From assembly GCA_905182725.1 (NCBI GenBank), contig CAJJCQ010000013.1:1849-65848 (forward strand): a DNA stretch of 64,000 nt, read 5' to 3'. The stretch comes from an uncultured Candidatus Poseidoniales archaeon. GTDB taxonomy: Archaea; Thermoplasmatota; Poseidoniia; Poseidoniales; Poseidoniaceae. The position numbers and the translations under genes are program-made. Below the pieces are notes generated by a model. It searched no databases. It was not told the origin of the DNA and was given only the letters and a program-made list of their open reading frames with translations. How positions within the stretch are numbered: position 1 is the stretch's first letter; every line of letters starts with the position of its first letter. This document shows positions 59,261 to 64,000 of this stretch, piece by piece.

Positions 59261-59992
59261 TCACCCGCTTATTTTTGCCATTCCACCATCAAGATGAAGA
59301 ATCTGGCCAGTAATGTTGTCTGGCGCAGTACACAACAACCACTCCATGGTTGAAGCAATTTCTTCTTTTTGGTTGATTCTTTTGATTGGAATCCTGTTGA
59401 CTGCGGCCTCTCTTATTGCATCTGAACGCAACAAAGTTTCTGCTAAACGAGTGTCTGTCAAACCTGGTGCGACTGCGTTCACTCGGATTTTTCGCTGGCT
59501 ATAGGTTGCTGCTGCAGAGCGCACCATGGACTCTACTCCACCTTTAGCTGCAGCAATTGCTTCATGGTTCATCAAACCAAAACTGGCAGCAACACTTGAG
59601 GTGAATACCAAACGCCCGCCACCGGTTCGGAGCATCGATTTACAAGCAATTGAAAGTGTCAAAAAAGCACTTGAGAGATTGGTATGAATGACCTCTTGGA
59701 AGGCATCGAGTGCAAGTGAATGGGGGGGCCGTAATACAAGAGATCCGACAAGATGTGCGACACCAGAAAGACTTCCTTCGCCGTTTTCTTTCGCCAAATC
59801 GACTGCTTGTTGAACGCATTCCTTGTCCAAAGCATCGCCTTGAACGAGGTGTGCACCTTGCGACACTAAGCCTTGAACACGCTCTGCATCACGAGCGAGA
59901 AGCGTGACTGAATGTCCTTTACCTAGAAGTTTGGAACCGAGTTCTAAGCCAATATCGCTGCTTCCACCGACAATAAGGTAAGATTGGACCAT
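59261..59992 (-). CDS. Short-chain dehydrogenase/reductase
   Basis: VGGSSDIG, SS, IAAAK, RVNAVAPG, ITGQ...DGG. Confidence 0.9.
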   Translation of the reverse strand: MVQSYLIVGGSSDIGLELGSKLLGKGHSVTLLARDAERVQGLVSQGAHLVQGDALDKECVQQAVDLAKENGEGSLSGVAHLVGSLVLRPPHSLALDAFQEVIHTNLSSAFLTLSIACKSMLRTGGGRLVFTSSVAASFGLMNHEAIAAAKGGVESMVRSAAATYSQRKIRVNAVAPGLTDTRLAETLLRSDAIREAAVNRIPIKRINQKEEIASTMEWLLCTAPDNITGQILHLDGGMAKISG

Positions 59993-60091
59993 GGTACGAG
60001 TTTTTGATATCTGCATTTATACTTCTGTTTTCAAACTCGAGTCGCTTCAAGAGATTCCTTAGGGGCAACGTACGATATTTGATGGAACATT

Positions 60092-60718
60092 TCATTGCAA
60101 ACCTTTGGGAGTTCGCCAAGGATCGTCATCACTGTTCACGAGGTCATCTTCCGGCATACCAGATTTGACCCGAGAAAAGGGGACCTTTGCAGGAGAAGCG
60201 GACGAACCAATGTTTTTCTTGGCGATATATTCACTTCCTTTCTTTCGAGCGAATGTTTCACCAACAGCAACGACAACGAGGAGAAGTGAAAGGGTGATGT
60301 GCCCTTCAATGCCGTAAGCGGCAAAGGGCTGAATCAGCAGCGTTTGCTCTGTAATGATGCCTTGGTCGACAGTTGTTTGGAAACGGTATGTGCCGGGGGC
60401 CAGATCGCCTTCCCAACCAGGGTTTTCGTCATTTAACTCTCCTGCCCACTGAGCCACCAGTTCGTCTTGGGCATCAAATATTTTCCATTCGACTTGGCCC
60501 TCTTCCACAGAGAGTCCCCGGAATTCAACTTCAAACACAGAGGGCATCGGTTTATTTTGGCCAAAAATACCCGCCAGAGTAATTGTACGGTCTTCGATTG
60601 CATGGTCAAAATCATTGATTTCATGCGGGGCGGCATTATCCGAAATTGCAAACCAAAGAGAATTAAGGAGAAGAAGGGCGACAGGCCACAAAATTATGTT
60701 GAGTTTTTTGCGGTCCAT
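60092..60718 (-). CDS. Hypothetical 2-TM protein
   Basis: N- and C-terminal TM segments around a beta-rich domain (LAPGTY). Confidence 0.7.
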   Translation of the reverse strand: MDRKKLNIILWPVALLLLNSLWFAISDNAAPHEINDFDHAIEDRTITLAGIFGQNKPMPSVFEVEFRGLSVEEGQVEWKIFDAQDELVAQWAGELNDENPGWEGDLAPGTYRFQTTVDQGIITEQTLLIQPFAAYGIEGHITLSLLLVVVAVGETFARKKGSEYIAKKNIGSSASPAKVPFSRVKSGMPEDDLVNSDDDPWRTPKGLQ

Positions 60719-60755
60719 ACTCTCTCTTTTCCTTATTTGTTTTTATCAGTGTGTT

Positions 60756-61505
60756 TTATTTCTTAATAAAATGTCCAAAACCTAATTCTGAAACTATTCG
60801 TTCCATCCATTCGAGTTTTTTGAGTTTTGTTTCAGCAATTGTAATGCCTGACCACTGCCCCACTTGATTGAGAGAAAAGCCAACCAGTTCCACGTTTTTG
60901 GGATGGACACCCAATGAAAGTACGAAACAAAGGGCTCGGTCACCGTCGGTAAATCCGCCAAAGTTATGCATTCCAAGTATGGTCTGGTTCACTTGGTGAG
61001 AGAGAATGAGTGAGGGGGGCTGTGGGCATTGTTGCCAGGACGAAAGTGATTCTGCCCACCGTTGTTTATTATCGCCATGGGCATGAACGACAACGGTTTG
61101 GCCTTGCTTGGCTGCGGTATTCAAGAATTCCCCGCCATCAAGGTCGGAAACGATACAAGCCAATTGAGAATACCCCGGGAGGGCGCCTACTGCGCCATCG
61201 GCTGCAACAAAAATGTCGCCGGGGCGATTGTACGATACGAGTTCATTTTCCTCAATCGCAGCGCCGAGAATAATGACTCGTTGAGCGCCCAGAAGTTGTT
61301 TTTCAACGCGCTGTAAGGTGTGTTCACGCTGAAGAGGAGACCAATGCGGATGGTGTTCGAGAAGAAGTTGGAGATCTACGGCGCTTTCGATATCATCGAC
61401 TTCCGACCAGCCAAAGGCTTGGCGCACCTCATCCTGAATCAAGAATGCATTCGGTGTTGGCGCCTCATGCATGCTTTGGGGGTTGGACTCGTGCACATGA
61501 ACCAT
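60756..61505 (-). CDS. mptE: 6-hydroxymethylpterin diphosphokinase MptE-like (DUF115)
   Basis: AADGA, VSDLDG, HAHGDN, NFGGFTDGDRA, K.KKL; start uncertain. Confidence 0.85.
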   Translation of the reverse strand: MVHVHESNPQSMHEAPTPNAFLIQDEVRQAFGWSEVDDIESAVDLQLLLEHHPHWSPLQREHTLQRVEKQLLGAQRVIILGAAIEENELVSYNRPGDIFVAADGAVGALPGYSQLACIVSDLDGGEFLNTAAKQGQTVVVHAHGDNKQRWAESLSSWQQCPQPPSLILSHQVNQTILGMHNFGGFTDGDRALCFVLSLGVHPKNVELVGFSLNQVGQWSGITIAETKLKKLEWMERIVSELGFGHFIKK

Positions 61506-61553
61506 CCGTTGTTTCGTTGAAGTTCTTATGCAGTTGGTACGCATGGCGGTGCT

Positions 61554-62804
61554 ATGCCCGTCCCAAGGTCCCTCCCGGTACTTGATGACGAAGTGACGTT
61601 TGCTCGCTATCCTTTCCTACCCCAAGCCGGCGACTGGATTCAAAAAATGGCGGTTGAGCACAACATCGACATGGATGAGCTCTTAGACGGTTCATGGATG
61701 GAAAAAGCGCGCTCGCGGGCACGTATTCGTCTGATTGATTCGATACAATCGAAAGAAGGTGTCGAGGTTGTTGGAGGTGATTTATTCACTGAAGAAGGGC
61801 GGATTATCGAAGCGTTTTCTTTCTATTATGCCCGTTTGGTAGTTTGCGCTTCAGAAGATGAACGGCTTATCGCCCGTTGGGCTCAAGCCGAAGCCGCACG
61901 TGCTGAACAAGTCCTCATCAAAGACCACAAAAACCTCAGTTTGATTGCCAGAACATATATTTCAAATATCCAACAGGTTGATCATCAAAATGCACCATTA
62001 ATTTCTGAAATATCTGCGAACTACGGAGGAGCCTTACAACAACGCCGACGCTCTCAATCGGGGCCTTTATGGAAGATTGGACTCAGTGATTTCATTGAGA
62101 TTTGTCCAAAGATTACTGGCTCTCGATGGAGATTGCCCAATTGCGATGTTCACGAAGGATGGGTGACACTGTTCGAAGAACCCCAATATGGTTCATCTGC
62201 GAAACTATCGCGTTTACTTCGTGAACGAATTAAAGCTGGTGTTGAAGCGGTGGCTTTGAAGAAAATGGGTGAAGTCACCATGGACTTAGCCGTTCGGCTT
62301 GCTGAACCGGTCGGTATGGTTCGCAATCTTATGGCTACGAAAGCCTCAGAAGCAATTTCTTTGGTTGGGGCTGATGAAAATGATTGGCCGCCATGTATGA
62401 GAAAAGCGGTGGCGGAATTATCAAACGGTGTGAACTTGAATCACTTTGGAAGGCTCTTCCTTGCCTCGATGGCAGCCACATTAGCTCTACCAAAAGAAGC
62501 GTGCGTTGGCTTTTTCCGAGGCGCCCCCGATTTCAGTGAAAGTACGACCTCGTACCAAGTGGACCATGTATACCAGCATGGATACACGCCTTCTGGATGT
62601 GGTAAACTCAAAGTGAATCACAACTGTCCTGTACTCCCGGGCGATAATCGGCTGTGCGACCAACCTTGGATGGATCATCCCCTCAAATATATCCGCGCTA
62701 CCCAACGTTGGAAAGCAAAGAATCAACGGGCTGAAGCGGAAGCATTGGCATTGGTTTCAACACCAACCGTGGAAGAAGAGAAACTGCCAGATACCACAGA
62801 ATAA
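61554..62804 (+). CDS. priL: DNA primase large subunit
   Basis: ARYPFL, WPPCM, NLNH.GR, PDF....T.YQV.H, Y.P..C, C, HPL.Y (4Fe-4S ligands). Confidence 0.93.
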   Translation: MPVPRSLPVLDDEVTFARYPFLPQAGDWIQKMAVEHNIDMDELLDGSWMEKARSRARIRLIDSIQSKEGVEVVGGDLFTEEGRIIEAFSFYYARLVVCASEDERLIARWAQAEAARAEQVLIKDHKNLSLIARTYISNIQQVDHQNAPLISEISANYGGALQQRRRSQSGPLWKIGLSDFIEICPKITGSRWRLPNCDVHEGWVTLFEEPQYGSSAKLSRLLRERIKAGVEAVALKKMGEVTMDLAVRLAEPVGMVRNLMATKASEAISLVGADENDWPPCMRKAVAELSNGVNLNHFGRLFLASMAATLALPKEACVGFFRGAPDFSESTTSYQVDHVYQHGYTPSGCGKLKVNHNCPVLPGDNRLCDQPWMDHPLKYIRATQRWKAKNQRAEAEALALVSTPTVEEEKLPDTTE

Positions 62805-62871
62805 AGTGGATTCGCGCGAAGACTTTGAAACGGAGAGGCGCTTAGGTTCCTATAACCACAGGTGATTTCCA

Positions 62872-63990
62872 ATGACTCGAACGCTCGTTTTAACAGTTGA
62901 CCGAGATAATGACCTTGGTGTTAAAACTGGTATTCGCGGCCCAGTTGTCGGACGACGACAGGTCATGGCTGCGGCCCTTAAACTCGGCATCGCAGACCCT
63001 GAAGAAAGTGATACAAACGCTATTCTCGGTGCTCTTTCGCAACACGATAACTTGGTAGAAAATAATTCCGAGGAAGAGGAAGTAGAGATTGCAATTCTAA
63101 CTGGTGATGAAAAAGTTGGCATTCGTTCAGACCGCGCAGTTGCCGCACAATTAGAGGAAGTTGTAGCAGCCTTCCAACCGGATAAAGCCATTCTTGTCAC
63201 AGATGGGGCAGAAGATGAGTCCGTCCTCCCAATCCTTCAATCCCAAGTTCGAATTGACCATGTCGAGAAAATTATTGTAAAGCAATCCAAAGGTATTGAA
63301 GGAACCTACTATTACATTGTAAAAGCATTAGAAGACCCGAAATGGCGTTCAAAAATTATGATTCCTGTCGGACTTGTGTTGTCCTTACTTGGCCTTGGAA
63401 TCATGCTACCAAATGAAATTGGTGGCGTAGTTATCGGCGGTTTACCGCTGGTTACCGGACTGTATCTACTCAGTAAAGGTGCAGGAATTGAAGCGACCGT
63501 CAACAAAGTGATTCAAGAAATGCGTGACAATGCTGATGCTGCTATGTTTTCTTCTTTATTGTGGACTGCAACAGTCTTCAGTGCTATTTTCGCTGTTGCG
63601 GAAGGATATAGAGAATACAATACCTATGTAGCGGAAGTGAGTTCTTCTGTCCTCTGGTTGGAAGTTGTTCATTCTGCTCTTGCATGGATCGTTATCGCAT
63701 TCCTCACCTCGACTGCTGGTTTTATGTTGTTACGGCTGAAAAGAGGTTCGTTTTCTGGTCGATTACTCATTCTCGGTATTTTTGCCATGGTTGTGTATTC
63801 TTTCGTCGATACGGCATTGGTTATTGCTACCAGGGTTTTGCGCGGTGAAGCTTATGAATTCAGTGTCGCCGATATTATCGGTGACCTTCAATATCCAATG
63901 GCATGGGTCGTTGTGTTGTGGATGGCAATGACCATCGTTCGCTCATTGAGAACGCGTCAAGCGCAAACTGAGCGCTACTGGGGAATCTGA
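62872..63990 (+). CDS. DUF373 family membrane protein
   Basis: LVLTVDRDNDLG.K, DPEESD.N, VTDGAEDE, VKQS..IE.TYY. Confidence 0.92.
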   Translation: MTRTLVLTVDRDNDLGVKTGIRGPVVGRRQVMAAALKLGIADPEESDTNAILGALSQHDNLVENNSEEEEVEIAILTGDEKVGIRSDRAVAAQLEEVVAAFQPDKAILVTDGAEDESVLPILQSQVRIDHVEKIIVKQSKGIEGTYYYIVKALEDPKWRSKIMIPVGLVLSLLGLGIMLPNEIGGVVIGGLPLVTGLYLLSKGAGIEATVNKVIQEMRDNADAAMFSSLLWTATVFSAIFAVAEGYREYNTYVAEVSSSVLWLEVVHSALAWIVIAFLTSTAGFMLLRLKRGSFSGRLLILGIFAMVVYSFVDTALVIATRVLRGEAYEFSVADIIGDLQYPMAWVVVLWMAMTIVRSLRTRQAQTERYWGI

Positions 63991-64000
63991 GTTCAAAGAA

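Overview
A gene-dense archaeal chromosome segment, roughly mid-40s % GC by eye. Archaeal markers are TFB, topoisomerase VI A/B, PriL, Sec61-beta, XerA, phosphopantothenate synthetase and MptE/DUF115. Together with a bacterial-type acyltransferase, RNase HI and large secreted proteins, the content best fits Marine Group II Euryarchaeota (Ca. Poseidoniales); this is an inference, not a database result. I find about 58 plausible CDS and two minus-strand tRNAs (Arg-CCT, Asp-GTC), with no rRNA, CRISPR array or IS element. Two features are least explained. (1) A ~200-nt, ~61% GC, heavily base-paired non-coding element between rimK and xerA (26478-26684): its ends pair, it carries a C(UACG)G tetraloop and possible loop-mediated pseudoknots, and it lacks tRNA, SRP and RNase P signatures. 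(2) A gene of two 69-aa ubiquitin/ThiS-like repeats, each ending in PAL-x-AG with one capping Gln, arranged like a polyubiquitin precursor (55508-55930). Also notable: a SAP-domain membrane protein, an HhH protein with a histone-H1-like tail, an adducin-like aldolase pseudoenzyme, degenerate SdhA and RFC paralogs, and a TerB-TerB-orphan methylase cluster. All family calls come from motif recognition by eye; some starts were moved to a more plausible downstream ATG/GTG/TTG.
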